Assembly (NCBI GenBank): GCA_965202585.1 | Contig: OZ241834.1 | Span: 7,564,001-7,628,000, forward strand | DNA length: 64,000 nt | DNA from: Thalia democratica | Lineage: Eukaryota | Reading direction: 5' to 3' | Shown here: positions 63,696 through 64,000 of the stretch, piece by piece | Layout of the letters: each line of letters opens with the position of its first letter | How positions within the stretch are numbered: position 1 is the stretch's first letter | The notes under the pieces: generated by a model | Seen by the model: only the letters and a program-made list of their open reading frames with translations | Told to the model about the DNA's origin: nothing | The model's database searches: none | Position numbers and translations under genes: made by a program

Positions 63696-64000
63696 TATTT
63701 AAAACAACTTTTCTTAATAAATTATATTTAGATTATTCATAAAGAAAAAAAAAATCAGTTGTTTGAGTGGCTATTAATGTTAAACAACAGGTGTAAATAA
63801 AAAGTTCAAACAGACATCAACTAAAGTATTATTTAAAAAAAATATAAAAACGATAAAAAGCAATTTAAGTATATAGCTATTTGAAAAATTTATTAATAAA
63901 GATTTTATTAACTTTCTTAATAAAACTGTTAAAATATGTTTACGTTTTAAATAACATGATCTTTTTCTCTTTTATAGAAATTTTAATTATTGTATAATAC

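Noticed and set aside
1-64000. CRISPR arrays, tRNA/rRNA genes, prokaryotic operons
   Set aside because: None seen; the window is spliceosomal-intron-containing eukaryotic DNA and its repeats lack repeat-spacer periodicity.

Overview
Very AT-rich, intron-containing animal (probably invertebrate) genomic DNA; the species cannot be named from sequence alone. Left end: the 5' part of a copper-transporting P1B-ATPase gene (ATP7A/B orthologue, minus strand, 13 coding exons from 14917 down to 1420, six GMxCxxC metal-binding domains), which continues beyond position 1. Right end: a complete 13-exon M14A metallocarboxypeptidase gene (plus strand, 55996-61741, 442 aa) and the probable last exon of an unidentified convergent gene (63109-63227). 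The ~41 kb between them is transposon-derived: a 5'-truncated LINE, an R2-superfamily element, two Penelope fragments, hAT, NOF-like MULE, pogo-like and Kolobok-like elements, and several fold-back palindromes. Most notable: (i) two intact, intronless, paralogous ~540-560 aa ORFs of unrecognised family (39530-41230, 44893-46512), apparently diverged mostly at synonymous sites, one ending at a fold-back Penelope junction; (ii) all ten recognisable coding segments between 27.9 and 46.5 kb, including a PRDM-type PR/SET fragment, lie on the minus strand, as in a uni-strand piRNA-cluster-like locus that may have trapped endogenous viral sequence; (iii) decayed copies of exon-intron junctions in ATP7 introns. 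Family assignments rest on recalled motifs and manual translation; no database searches were run.
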